From: a virus
Taxonomy: Duplodnaviria; Caudoviricetes
Reading direction: 5' to 3' (one strand)
Length of the DNA: 43,977 nucleotides
Virus record (IMG/VR): IMGVR_UViG_3300049926_000090
Location: 1 to 43,977 of that record
Shown: piece after piece, positions 16,427-24,952 of the stretch
How the letters are laid out: each line of letters starts with the position of its first letter
Numbering within the stretch: the first letter of the stretch is position 1
Notes under the pieces: generated by a model
What the model saw: only the letters and a program-made list of their open reading frames with translations
Databases searched by the model: none
What the model was told of the DNA's origin: nothing
Program-made: the position numbers and the translations under genes

Positions 16427-16432
16427 AGTATA
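16427..16432 (-). promoter_or_regulatory. Putative -10 element (TATACT) for the non-coding RNA locus
   Basis: TATACT just after the HNH gene stop, upstream of about 500 nt without a convincing ORF. Confidence 0.45.
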
Positions 16433-16437
16433 GGCGC

Positions 16438-16872
16438 TCAGACGGGCGACAACGGGCGCAGGGCGAATTTGCGCTCTGCCTCGATATCCAGGCCCCAGTC
16501 GGCGATGAAATCCTCGACGTCCTCGGGCAACGTTTCACGTGGAACCTCAATGGCAGAGCCAGGTCCGGCGTCGGCGAGCGAGTCGAAGCGACGATGGTGG
16601 TTGACACAGCCCGGGCCGGCGTTGCGAGGGTCCCACTGGGCGAGCTCGAGCAGATCGTCGTCGATGCCGGCGAGCGTGGCGCAGTTGCGGATTTCCACCT
16701 TCGAGATGAAGTGGAACGCCTCCCACTTCATACCGCCCCCGCAGGGGTTGCCGAGCGGGTCAAAGGGCGCCAGCCAACAGCACGGTCGCTGGTCGATGAA
16801 GCCGGGGATGCGGGGCAGCTTCATCCCCGCCTTGTGGAAGGGGCCGGTCAGCTCCTTGGGGCCGCGCTTCAC
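16438..16872 (-). CDS. HNH-like endonuclease / Zn-binding protein
   Basis: CC..C...EAFHFI...WDPRNAGPGCVNHHRRFD resembles an HNH motif. GTG start coupled to the upstream stop. Confidence 0.6.
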   Translation of the reverse strand: MKRGPKELTGPFHKAGMKLPRIPGFIDQRPCCWLAPFDPLGNPCGGGMKWEAFHFISKVEIRNCATLAGIDDDLLELAQWDPRNAGPGCVNHHRRFDSLADAGPGSAIEVPRETLPEDVEDFIADWGLDIEAERKFALRPLSPV

Positions 16873-17426
16873 CCGTCGACTTCCTCGAGCGCGATCTGGT
16901 TCGGGTCGACGGCCTCGGCCTCGGCATCGGACTTCGGCCGTTTCATACACCCGCACTCCTCGCACTCGGTGAGAGGCACCCTCTTGGCCGGCACCTTCTT
17001 GCCGTACTTCTCTCGCAACGCCGAGCGCGACAGCGACTCGCAGTCGGCGAGCGCGTCGGCCAGGTCGACCTCGCCCTTGCGAAGCGCCGGCAACACGACA
17101 GCGAGCTTGGTGGCCTCGAGCTCGGCGAGAACCTCGGGCTCGACCTCCCTCTTGACGACGAGCTCCTCGTAGGACTCGATCAGCGCATAGACCTGGCTGC
17201 GGCCGAGCCCGATCTCCGGTGTCCCGAGCCATTCCTCGAATTTGTCGTGGCCCAGGTGCTCCCACATTTTCGCACCATAGAACTCGTGCAAGAAGCCGGC
17301 GAGGGCGATCCATACCTGCCGGATCGCCCCCACCCCCTTCTTGATTTTCTCCTCAGTGGCATACGCCTTTTTGGCGGCGCGCTCCTCGGGAGTCGAGGTC
17401 TTGCGTTTGGCGACCGACTTCCCCAC
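16869..17426 (-). CDS. Hypothetical DNA-binding protein with C-terminal CxxC
   Basis: 185 aa, W..LGHDKFEEWL..PEIGLGRSQVYALI helical motif common in phage replication regions, plus CEECG. Confidence 0.7.
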   Translation of the reverse strand: MGKSVAKRKTSTPEERAAKKAYATEEKIKKGVGAIRQVWIALAGFLHEFYGAKMWEHLGHDKFEEWLGTPEIGLGRSQVYALIESYEELVVKREVEPEVLAELEATKLAVVLPALRKGEVDLADALADCESLSRSALREKYGKKVPAKRVPLTECEECGCMKRPKSDAEAEAVDPNQIALEEVDG

Positions 17427-17429
17427 GGG

Positions 17430-17927
17430 CTAGAAGGGAATGTCGTCGTCGTCGCCGCTAGCACCCTCGGCCGCCGGCTCCTCCCCGGGAGAGGAGATCC
17501 CGTCGACGGTGCCGACGACTTCGTTGACGTAGGTGTTGCGGTACTTCTTCTCGCCCTTGTCCGTGGTGACGACGCGGATCGACACCCGTGTCGTGCCCGC
17601 CAGGGGCTCGAGGGCCTCGGCCAGTTCGGCGAGGTTGACACCTTGGAGCCCGAGCATCTCGAGGTATCCCTTGGTCCAGGCGATCCGGTCGGGGTCCTCG
17701 AGCTCGTGCCACACGCTCGGGGCGGAGAGGCCGTCGAACTCGCCGCCGTCCTGCACGCTGATCTCGGTTATCAGCTTGAGCGGCCCGCCCCCCTCCTTTT
17801 CCCAGAAATCGAAGCGCTCGATCTGGCCCTCGTAGTCCCCATCGGGGACACCGCCGCCAGACGTTTTTGCCTCGGCGTCATCGTACTCGTCTTGCATATT
17901 CGCGAGCCGCTCTGCGTGGTCGGTCAT
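17430..17927 (-). CDS. Single-stranded DNA-binding protein (DUF669-like OB fold)
   Basis: VPDGDYEGQI start of OB fold, acidic C-terminal tail DDDDIPF, adjacent to the Sak4-like ATPase. Confidence 0.75.
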   Translation of the reverse strand: MTDHAERLANMQDEYDDAEAKTSGGGVPDGDYEGQIERFDFWEKEGGGPLKLITEISVQDGGEFDGLSAPSVWHELEDPDRIAWTKGYLEMLGLQGVNLAELAEALEPLAGTTRVSIRVVTTDKGEKKYRNTYVNEVVGTVDGISSPGEEPAAEGASGDDDDIPF

Positions 17928-18703
17928 TTGGATTTTTCTCCTTTTTTGGACTCAGCTTTTGCTTTTGCCGGGGGTTTGGCCGGCGGCTTGGTTGCCGGGA
18001 ACGACACCGCCATCGCCTTGCGGAGCTCGCCGGCCTCGAGCGGCAGTGGGTCGGGCAACGGCTTGGCACCCTCGGGGATGCGGCCGCCGGCCTCGTGGTG
18101 CTCCGCCCCTTCGGTCCGCAGCACTCGCGTGTCGGACTCCTCCTCATCGCCCTCCCAGGTGGCGAGGAAGATGAAGTCGACGAAGCCGGTCAAGAACTTG
18201 CGGGCCTGACCGGAGAGCGTGGGCTGGGTGACGGTCTTCGTCCCCACCTTCTTTTTGACCTCGCGGTCCTCGGCGTGGGAGACGAACCACACCCCGAGCT
18301 CGAGGCTGGCAAGTTTGCCGACGCGCAGGCGGAACTCGTCGGCGACCGCGGCCCACCCCTTGCCATAGTCGAGGTCGGAGGGGTGCTTGCAGCCGAGCTC
18401 GGTGCAGACGGCGTCGGAGCACATCCGGTAGAGCTCGTCGACGGTGTCGATCACGACGACCTCGAAGCGGCCGGGGTCCTTCGCCAGGTCGGCGCCGATC
18501 TCGCGGAACTCGGCCCAGCTCCGACAAGGCATTTCGAATACGTCGAGCGAGCCGAGGCCCGGTTCGGTCGCGATGAAGAGCGTGTGCTCCGGATTGATCT
18601 TGGAAGCGAACGTGCTCTTGCCGATCTTCGGCGGCCCGTAGAGCAGGGCCTTGATCCTGGCCGGCGAGAGCGCGGGTGCTGATTTCTCGGTGGGGAGTGT
18701 CAT
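17924..18703 (-). CDS. AAA_24 / Sak4-like ATPase (recombinase)
   Basis: LLYGPPKIGKST Walker A, VVVIDTVDE Walker B, YGKGW and SHA motifs. Confidence 0.85.
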   Translation of the reverse strand: MTLPTEKSAPALSPARIKALLYGPPKIGKSTFASKINPEHTLFIATEPGLGSLDVFEMPCRSWAEFREIGADLAKDPGRFEVVVIDTVDELYRMCSDAVCTELGCKHPSDLDYGKGWAAVADEFRLRVGKLASLELGVWFVSHAEDREVKKKVGTKTVTQPTLSGQARKFLTGFVDFIFLATWEGDEEESDTRVLRTEGAEHHEAGGRIPEGAKPLPDPLPLEAGELRKAMAVSFPATKPPAKPPAKAKAESKKGEKSK

Positions 18704-19674
18704 TTGCTGGGGTCCTCCTCGGTGGTTGTGCTGGGGCGCCGCGGGCTTCTCACCTTCGGCTTGTACAGAGCTGGGGCATCGGGATCTCCGGTGCAGAGCG
18801 GCAGGAATGGGCAGCCGCCGTAGTCGTGGCAGTGGGAGGAGTTGCGCGGGTAGATCCGGGCCCGTTTCGCGTCGCGGCGCTGGGCCGCCCACTGCCAGAG
18901 CTCGGCCTCGATCCTGACCAAGTCGGCGGCACTGCGGGTGATCGACTCCTCTACCAAATAGAACTCGGGCCGCTCCTCGTAGTCGCTTTCGACCCGCGCC
19001 GCGAACTCGTCGACCGTCTCGGTTTTTTTCTGCTTGATCGAGGGCTTGCGGGTGAAGCGGTAGGAGACGTCGGTGATCTCGTGGCCGGCCGCGCGCCAGA
19101 TCCCGTAGCACTCGAGCGCGAGCTGCCGATCGAGGGGCAGCCGCTTGATCGCGACCTTGTCCATCTTGCCGACGAACTTGTCCTCGATCAGCCCCCACTC
19201 GGCGGTGAGGCCATCGGCATACCCTTCGAGGTCGAAGGTGCGCGAGTAGGCGCCCGTGTCGGGGTTGCGCAGCCGGACCCGATACCCGAACTCCCGCTTC
19301 TCTCGCTGGCCGTAGGCGGCCAGGTAAGCCTTCGCCCCGGCGCTGACGATCGCGCAATCGACGGTGAGCTTGTCCTGATCGTCCTGGGTGAAGACCGACG
19401 CTTCGCCGGAGAGCTTGGCGACGCCGGCCGCCGGGTCGCCTTTGTCGAGGGCCTCGGAGAAGGCGCCGCCGAGACGCAGCCCGGCCGAGCGCTGAATCGG
19501 TTCGATCTTGTCGACGTACTCATAGCCGTACTTTTGGTGGCAGGCGAGCTGGGTGTTGAGCGAGGAGTGTGAGAGCGCGGCGCGGCCTTCGCGGTCCTCT
19601 TGGTCGACGAGGTTCTGCACGTCAGACGGGATCAGCTCGGGCAGCCCCTCGAGCACGGTCAGGGCAACGGTCAT
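18700..19674 (-). CDS. PD-(D/E)XK (Cas4/RecB-like) exonuclease
   Basis: LSHSSLNTQLAC..KY..EY start, GYADGL..IEDK nuclease core, QL..Y, and C-terminal C..C..C cluster. Confidence 0.85.
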   Translation of the reverse strand: MTVALTVLEGLPELIPSDVQNLVDQEDREGRAALSHSSLNTQLACHQKYGYEYVDKIEPIQRSAGLRLGGAFSEALDKGDPAAGVAKLSGEASVFTQDDQDKLTVDCAIVSAGAKAYLAAYGQREKREFGYRVRLRNPDTGAYSRTFDLEGYADGLTAEWGLIEDKFVGKMDKVAIKRLPLDRQLALECYGIWRAAGHEITDVSYRFTRKPSIKQKKTETVDEFAARVESDYEERPEFYLVEESITRSAADLVRIEAELWQWAAQRRDAKRARIYPRNSSHCHDYGGCPFLPLCTGDPDAPALYKPKVRSPRRPSTTTEEDPSK

Positions 19675-19880
19675 TTTTTCCTCCTGCAGTTGTGTCGTCT
19701 GTAGCTGGGGATATTCGGATAGCCCACGCGGTGGATGCGGGCGCGATCGGTGCCGTGCACCGTGGAGATTGCGAAGGTGTCGGTCTCACCGGCCGTGCCT
19801 TTCTCGAACGGGAGGGTGCGCCCCTCGAAGGCGGCCCAGGAGATCGACCGTTGGCAGTATTTGCAGATAGCGGCTGGCAT
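19671..19880 (-). CDS. Small Zn-ribbon protein
   Basis: MPAAICKYCQRSISW...H.C, TGATG coupling. Confidence 0.65.
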   Translation of the reverse strand: MPAAICKYCQRSISWAAFEGRTLPFEKGTAGETDTFAISTVHGTDRARIHRVGYPNIPSYRRHNCRRKK

Positions 19881-20104
19881 CAAAATATGTCCTCGGGCCT
19901 GATTGAATCCGGCGGGCCGGACTGACCTTCGAGGGTCGAACCTGCGGACTTTGCGGCCTTCGCCTCCTCCTTGGTCTTGCCGGCGCCGGGGCAGGGCTTC
20001 TTGATCCGGCCGCCGCGATCGTGGGCATACATCGTGCCGTCCTGTTTGAGGCGGATATGCCCGAGGCAGGAGGGACACTGGACCCGATCGGGGGTGGGGC
20101 TCAC
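19880..20104 (-). CDS. Small Zn-finger protein
   Basis: CPSC...H...CPGAG. Confidence 0.65.
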   Translation of the reverse strand: MSPTPDRVQCPSCLGHIRLKQDGTMYAHDRGGRIKKPCPGAGKTKEEAKAAKSAGSTLEGQSGPPDSIRPEDIF

Positions 20105-20649
20105 TCGTCGACCGCCGATCGCATCGCATCCTCGCCGAGCTGGTTGAGCAGCTTGCGGATGAAGCGGATCTTGCCGTTCTTGTAGTTGCCGGTGACTTCG
20201 AGCTTCTCGAGCTCGTGGTCGATCGCGTAGAGCGGCGACATCACCACCCGCTCGCGTTTGGCCCGGACCTCCCGCGACTGCCGATCCTGCTCGTCCCTCG
20301 AGACGGCCTCGGGCTCGCTCGAGAGCGCCGAGCTCGGAGACGTCGTGTAGCCGCTCTCCTCGGCGGCAACAGCATCGGCTCCGGCATCGTGCAAATCCCT
20401 GGGCACCCCTTCATCGTCATAGCTGCGTCGGATGGACTCGTAGTCGGCGCCGTGGGGGCTGGCCCGGAGGAGACGGGGGCTGTCGATCGTCACCCGACGA
20501 CGTCGACGGAACCGCAGCGGGGGCGCCGACCCGAAGACGACGACCTCACCGTTCGTCTCCACCACCGTCAGGGGCGCCGGCTTGCGGGCGCTCTTCTTCT
20601 TCTCGCGGGCCGCTTCCCGTTTGCGCTGTCTCTCCGACTTCTCGATCAA
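20101..20649 (-). CDS. Hypothetical basic protein
   Basis: 182 aa, coupled to the helicase stop. Confidence 0.6.
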   Translation of the reverse strand: MIEKSERQRKREAAREKKKSARKPAPLTVVETNGEVVVFGSAPPLRFRRRRRVTIDSPRLLRASPHGADYESIRRSYDDEGVPRDLHDAGADAVAAEESGYTTSPSSALSSEPEAVSRDEQDRQSREVRAKRERVVMSPLYAIDHELEKLEVTGNYKNGKIRFIRKLLNQLGEDAMRSAVDE

Positions 20650-22016
20650 AACGGGAACTCCCTACCCATCCCGGTGTCGTGGGAGGGCTTCATCGGGCCG
20701 ACGTCGATCTTCTCCTGGCCGTCCGGCGGCGGGCGCTCCTCGATCGGAACGAAGGTCAGGGTTTTTGCCAACTGCACGACTTCGATCCCGACCGGAGGCC
20801 CCAGCCTCGAGCGGTCGAAGTAGAGCTCGCCCTCGGGCAACACGTTCGCTTTGTCGTCCTGCCGGCGGTGCAAGAACATGATCGCGTGAGCGTCTCCCTC
20901 GAGCATCCCTGACCCGCGGAGATCGGAAGTAGTGGGCCGCGGCCTCGCCCCCGACTGCAGCGTCCCTCGGCCGCGGTGAAGGTGGGAGACGAGGATTACG
21001 TGGCAATTCGCCCGCGTCGCCAGTTCGCTGAAACGCCCGATGATCCGCTGAGCGTCCTCGGTCTTTTCGTAGCCCGGGATCTTCGTCACCGGGTCGATCG
21101 CCACGACGTCATACCCCCCGTAGATCACCCGCTCAGCGATCTTGTCGACGCCCCACCCGGCCGCCTCGAAGTAGGAGAAGGGAAGCCCCTTCGCTCGGGC
21201 CTGCAGCAACCGTTTGAGCTCCCCTTTGGTGGCCGTCTTTTGGAAGAGCTTTTCGGAGGCGATCCCCGTCGACATCGTCAGCCACCGGATCACTCGCTCG
21301 TGGCGACTGACCTCCGGCGCGAAGATCGCACACCGCTGGCCCTGCTTGGTGAACGCCCCCATCTTTTGATCGAGGACGAAGCTCTTGCCCATCTTCGGCC
21401 AGCCCGCGAGCACCGACATCTGCTTGCGCCGGTAGCCGCCCTGCATCGACTGGTTCAACTTCGGCCACGGCAGCTCGAAGACCTCGGGGTCCTCGTCGCT
21501 GTCGTACCAGTCGAAGAACTCGTCCATTACCTCCTCGGGCGTGGTGGGTTCCGCCTCGATCGAGAAGTCGGATGCCGCCAGTTGGAGCCCCTCGGCTATC
21601 AACTCCTCCCGGCGCTCGTTGTCGAGCTCACCCACCCCGCGGATGATCGTCCGCGCGCCCTCGAGTTTCACCCGAAGGCCGGCGCAGAGGGTGACGATCT
21701 CGGCGTAGTGGACGGCGTTCCCAGGGGCCGGCGCAGCCCCCGTCAGCTCCGCGACGAAGTGTCTGAGCTCCTCGGGCACTACCGCCGCGACTAGGAGCTC
21801 ATCGGCGGTGCCCCGTTCCTCGGAGACCCTGACGATCGCCGAGAAGATTTCCCGGTGTTTGTCGAGGTAGAAATGCGCGGCCTGCAGCCCGGTCTCAACC
21901 CGCACCTGGCGGAGGGCCTGCCCGGAGACCATCATCGCCCCGAGCACCGACCTCTCCGCGTCGATGTTCTGGGGCGGCACGTCGACGTCGCGCTTGGTGG
22001 GATCGACGATCGGCAT
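20646..22016 (-). CDS. dnaB: Replicative DNA helicase DnaB-like
   Basis: PPQNIDAERSVLGA N-terminus, Walker A AGWPKMGKS, RPTTSDLRGSGMLEGDA motif. Confidence 0.92.
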   Translation of the reverse strand: MPIVDPTKRDVDVPPQNIDAERSVLGAMMVSGQALRQVRVETGLQAAHFYLDKHREIFSAIVRVSEERGTADELLVAAVVPEELRHFVAELTGAAPAPGNAVHYAEIVTLCAGLRVKLEGARTIIRGVGELDNERREELIAEGLQLAASDFSIEAEPTTPEEVMDEFFDWYDSDEDPEVFELPWPKLNQSMQGGYRRKQMSVLAGWPKMGKSFVLDQKMGAFTKQGQRCAIFAPEVSRHERVIRWLTMSTGIASEKLFQKTATKGELKRLLQARAKGLPFSYFEAAGWGVDKIAERVIYGGYDVVAIDPVTKIPGYEKTEDAQRIIGRFSELATRANCHVILVSHLHRGRGTLQSGARPRPTTSDLRGSGMLEGDAHAIMFLHRRQDDKANVLPEGELYFDRSRLGPPVGIEVVQLAKTLTFVPIEERPPPDGQEKIDVGPMKPSHDTGMGREFPF

Positions 22017-22847
22017 CTACTCGTCGAGCCCCTGTTCTCGGCGAATGCGGGCGGCCTCCGCGTTGACGTCGACCGTCCCCTTCTTTTTCTTCGAGCGCGC
22101 CCGCGCCATCTCGATCGACGTCTCGAACTGGGCCGCGTTGCCATAGATGATCCGCGGCCCCGGCGCATCCCACCAATGTTCGCCCTCGAAGACCGCTTCG
22201 ATCACCATCCGGTGGTGCTTGGCCTCGAGCTTCGGCTTTTCCCGAATCCGGCCGACGATCGGCGTCAAGTGCGCGTCGACGCTGAGCGCGGTGCCGGCTA
22301 TCTCGTTGAAGTCAGAAACAACGGCAGCGGCGAGAGCCAGCTCGGCGTCCGTGACGGCTTTTTTGTTGACCGTTTTAACGGGCGGCTTCTTCTTGGTTGT
22401 CTTCTTTTCTTCTTGAGTAGTTGTGGGACTCTGTGACCCGGGGTCCCCTGGACTCTGTGACCCGGGGGGTGGACTCTGTGACCCGGGGGGGGTGCACCCC
22501 GGCTCGACCAACATGTAGACGTTCGGGAGCTGTCGATCTTCGCGTCTCTCGATGTGAAGAACGCCGATCCGCTCGAGGGCCTTGAGGCCTCGTGAAACCG
22601 TCTTCGTCGACGTCCCCGAGTAGGTGGCAACTCGCTCTCTCGTCGCCGTGAAGCTCTCACTGTCGCCACCGACCTCGGGGCGAGAACGTTGCTCATTGGC
22701 TACCTCGATCAGGGCGTCGTAGACGGAGCGCAGGCTGCTCAGGCTCGGGTCGCTGGCAGCGATCCCCTCACGAACTGCCTTGATCGACGCCACGGTCGTC
22801 CAGACGAAGGGCGGCCGGCGCCCGTCGACGAGGCCTCGCGTCACCAA
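22017..22847 (-). CDS. Replication initiator (lambda O-like, winged HTH)
   Basis: TRERVATYSGTSTKTVSRGLKALERIG...PNVY wHTH, internal iterons, lies directly upstream of dnaB. Confidence 0.8.
   Translation of the reverse strand: MVTRGLVDGRRPPFVWTTVASIKAVREGIAASDPSLSSLRSVYDALIEVANEQRSRPEVGGDSESFTATRERVATYSGTSTKTVSRGLKALERIGVLHIERREDRQLPNVYMLVEPGCTPPGSQSPPPGSQSPGDPGSQSPTTTQEEKKTTKKKPPVKTVNKKAVTDAELALAAAVVSDFNEIAGTALSVDAHLTPIVGRIREKPKLEAKHHRMVIEAVFEGEHWWDAPGPRIIYGNAAQFETSIEMARARSKKKKGTVDVNAEAARIRREQGLDE
22370..22492. repeat. Replication origin: three GGACTCTGTGACCCGGGG iterons plus adjacent AT-rich tract
   Basis: Copies start at 22426, 22450 and 22471. A T-rich segment at about 22355-22424 lies inside the initiator gene. 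Confidence 0.75.
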
Positions 22848-22995
22848 CCTCCTCCGACCTTGTGATCCTGAGTCACGGCGGGGAAACTAGGTGCATCTGC
22901 GGACGGAACCTCGAGTCCGGCGGGCCGGACGGAAAAGGGCCGCCCTATTGGACGGCCCTCTCCGGCGATTCAGGAAGCGAGAAGCGGGTCGGACC

Positions 22996-23184
22996 CTATG
23001 CCGTCTCGGCCTCCTCCGTCAATGGTCGTTCCTGCAATTTGCGGCGAGCTTCTCTGATCGCCTGGTCGGTGAGCTCGCAACCGCGGCCCTTGCCGATCAC
23101 CGCAGGGAATACGCGATCGACGTCCTGGGGGCAGGTCGCCTTCCAGTCGAAGAGCTCGGTTGGGGGCCGAGCCGGCGTCGTCAT
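22996..23184 (-). CDS. Hypothetical protein (62 aa)
   Basis: MTTPARPPTELFDWKATCPQ..., GGAGG RBS, ATGA coupling. Confidence 0.55.
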   Translation of the reverse strand: MTTPARPPTELFDWKATCPQDVDRVFPAVIGKGRGCELTDQAIREARRKLQERPLTEEAETA

Positions 23185-23393
23185 CCCTCCTCCTCGCCGA
23201 GTGGTCGGAATCGTTCGGCGATCTCGGTGACGTCGTCGATCAGCGACCGGATCTGTATCCCCTGAAAGGCGATTACCTCGGCCATGCCGGCGACGAGCTC
23301 GACCAACTCGATTTCCGACTTCTCGCCGAAGTACCCATCCCGCCTCCGCTGGACGAGCTCGCGGGCCTGCGTCAGCCGCTCCTGGTCGCCCAC
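23181..23393 (-). CDS. Hypothetical helical protein
   Basis: 70 aa, abuts its neighbours. Confidence 0.55.
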   Translation of the reverse strand: MGDQERLTQARELVQRRRDGYFGEKSEIELVELVAGMAEVIAFQGIQIRSLIDDVTEIAERFRPLGEEEG

Positions 23394-23633
23394 TTAGACC
23401 ACCCCCGGCGAGCCTTTGCCGCCGGCGAGCGAGCCGGGGTTCGCGTTGTTGACCGGCATCCCGATCGCGATGTAGCAGGCCGTGCATACGACGCTCTCAC
23501 CGTCCCAGGTGCCGTCTTCACACATGCCGTCACCTTCGGGGTCCATACCCGACGACCGGGTCGGTTGGCCGTGCTCGCAACCCTTCGCCTCCTTCACCCG
23601 GCAGTTGATCGTCTCGCCCTCGGGGATGCTCAT
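23394..23633 (-). CDS. Small Cys-rich protein
   Basis: C..C...CTACY, ATGA-coupled to the recombinase. Confidence 0.6.
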   Translation of the reverse strand: MSIPEGETINCRVKEAKGCEHGQPTRSSGMDPEGDGMCEDGTWDGESVVCTACYIAIGMPVNNANPGSLAGGKGSPGVV

Positions 23634-24223
23634 GAGAGCAACTCGTCGGCGAGCCCGAAGGTGGGGTTCTCGTCGAGGTTGCCGGCGTCCTTGAAGTAGA
23701 TCATCGTCGTCGCCGGATCCGCGTGGCCGACGGCGAGCTGCACCCGATGCAGCGGCGCCCCGTCCTGCAGCGCCAGGGTGACGAAGCTGCGGCGCAGCGA
23801 GTGCGGCGAGATCTCCGGGTTGATCCCCGACCAGTCGGCCAGGTGTTTGACGCGCTCATAGGCCGTCTGCCGGGAGATCCCGGCCAGGGGGTCCAGCACT
23901 GCCCCGGAGGCGTGCAGACGCGGCAGGAGAGGCCCCTCGAGCCGTCCTGCGAGGAACTCGTCGACCGCAAGGCACACGGCCGGCGCCAGGGGGACGACGC
24001 CGCGCTTGCGGCCCTTGCGGACGACGCGGAGGGTGCGGTGGCCGCCCGAGCTGCCCAGGTCGGGGACGGTGGCTGCCACTGCCTCGGAGACGCGCAGGCC
24101 GTTGAGTCCGAGTAGGGAGACGAGTAGGAAATCGCGGGGGTTGGCGTCGCGGGCGGCGAGCAGCAGCTTGCGCAGTTCACCACGATCTGCCCACGGGGTC
24201 GTGAGGTCGGATCGGTTGCTCAT
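23630..24223 (-). CDS. Tyrosine recombinase (catalytic domain only, 197 aa)
   Basis: GLRVSE (R), RKG (K), HSLRR (HxxR), GH (H) and MIY (Y) are all present. GAAGGAGG RBS. Confidence 0.9.
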   Translation of the reverse strand: MSNRSDLTTPWADRGELRKLLLAARDANPRDFLLVSLLGLNGLRVSEAVAATVPDLGSSGGHRTLRVVRKGRKRGVVPLAPAVCLAVDEFLAGRLEGPLLPRLHASGAVLDPLAGISRQTAYERVKHLADWSGINPEISPHSLRRSFVTLALQDGAPLHRVQLAVGHADPATTMIYFKDAGNLDENPTFGLADELLS

Positions 24224-24275
24224 TGGGACTCCTCCTTCGGGGTTTCACCCCGGCTCCTGTAGCCGGGATTCGAGG

Positions 24276-24327
24276 AGACTACCACCACGTGTACACAGAT
24301 CGGGTAAGGTGCGCGATCCAGCAACCG
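24276..24327. promoter_or_regulatory. Divergent promoter region centred on GTGTACAC palindrome
   Basis: GTGTACAC at 24289-24296, with TAAGGT 8 nt to the right (+) and TAGTCT 7 nt to the left (-). Confidence 0.55.
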
Positions 24328-24338
24328 AAGGAGTGAAG

Positions 24339-24674
24339 ATGTCAGACGTAATCACCGAGGCCCGGACCCTCCTACAGCGCCGGCTTCACGAGGTCGACCA
24401 CGAGAAGCTCCGCCTCGAGCGGGCAATGGGTGCCCTCGGGAGCGACCGCAATGGAACGGCACCGGCACGTGCAAAGCGAGGTCGGCCCCGGAAACGTCAG
24501 CCCGGCGGCCGCGCCAAGCAGGCCCTCAACCTGATCGCCGAGAGACCGGGGATCACCGCCTCGGAGATCGCCGGGGTGATGAAGATCAAGCCGAACTACC
24601 TGTACCGGGTGCTCGGCGACCTCGAGAAGCAGAAAAGGGTGAAGAAGAAAGGCCGCACCTACACCGCCGCCTAG
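24339..24674 (+). CDS. Coiled-coil + AT-hook + winged-HTH DNA-binding protein
   Basis: MSDVITEARTLLQRRL..., KRGRPRK, QALNLIAERPGITASEIAGVMKIKPNYLYRVL. CAACCGAAGGAG RBS. Confidence 0.8.
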   Translation: MSDVITEARTLLQRRLHEVDHEKLRLERAMGALGSDRNGTAPARAKRGRPRKRQPGGRAKQALNLIAERPGITASEIAGVMKIKPNYLYRVLGDLEKQKRVKKKGRTYTAA

Positions 24675-24952
24675 TGGACGAGTACCGTCCCCACCCAGTG
24701 CAGCGACGTTTCCACGAGTCCAGCGCCCCTCGAGTGGTCCTCCCAGGAGGCCGCTCGGGCGGGCGGCGACTCGCGATCGAAGCGATCATCCACGCCAACG
24801 CCGCGTCGCCCGAGGAGGCCCGGCTCTGCATCGGTGACCTCAACCGCATCGGCTTCGCCCTACAGTCGAGCGACGGCAAACGGGTCGAGCCGAAACCGAC
24901 TCGAGGCGCCCGCTTCCGATACATGCGCTTCGACGAGGAGGAGAAGCCGTGA
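24674..24952 (+). CDS. Terminase N-terminal fragment-like protein with degenerate Walker A
   Basis: YRPHPVQRRFHES...GGRSGGRR, compared with the phage's own TerL YVPHSRQLVFHEH...GGNRSGKS. Confidence 0.6.
   Translation: MDEYRPHPVQRRFHESSAPRVVLPGGRSGGRRLAIEAIIHANAASPEEARLCIGDLNRIGFALQSSDGKRVEPKPTRGARFRYMRFDEEEKP

Noticed and set aside
18700-19674. Cas4 of a CRISPR system
   Set aside because: It lies in the exonuclease-Sak4-SSB recombination module typical of phages, with no array or other cas genes.
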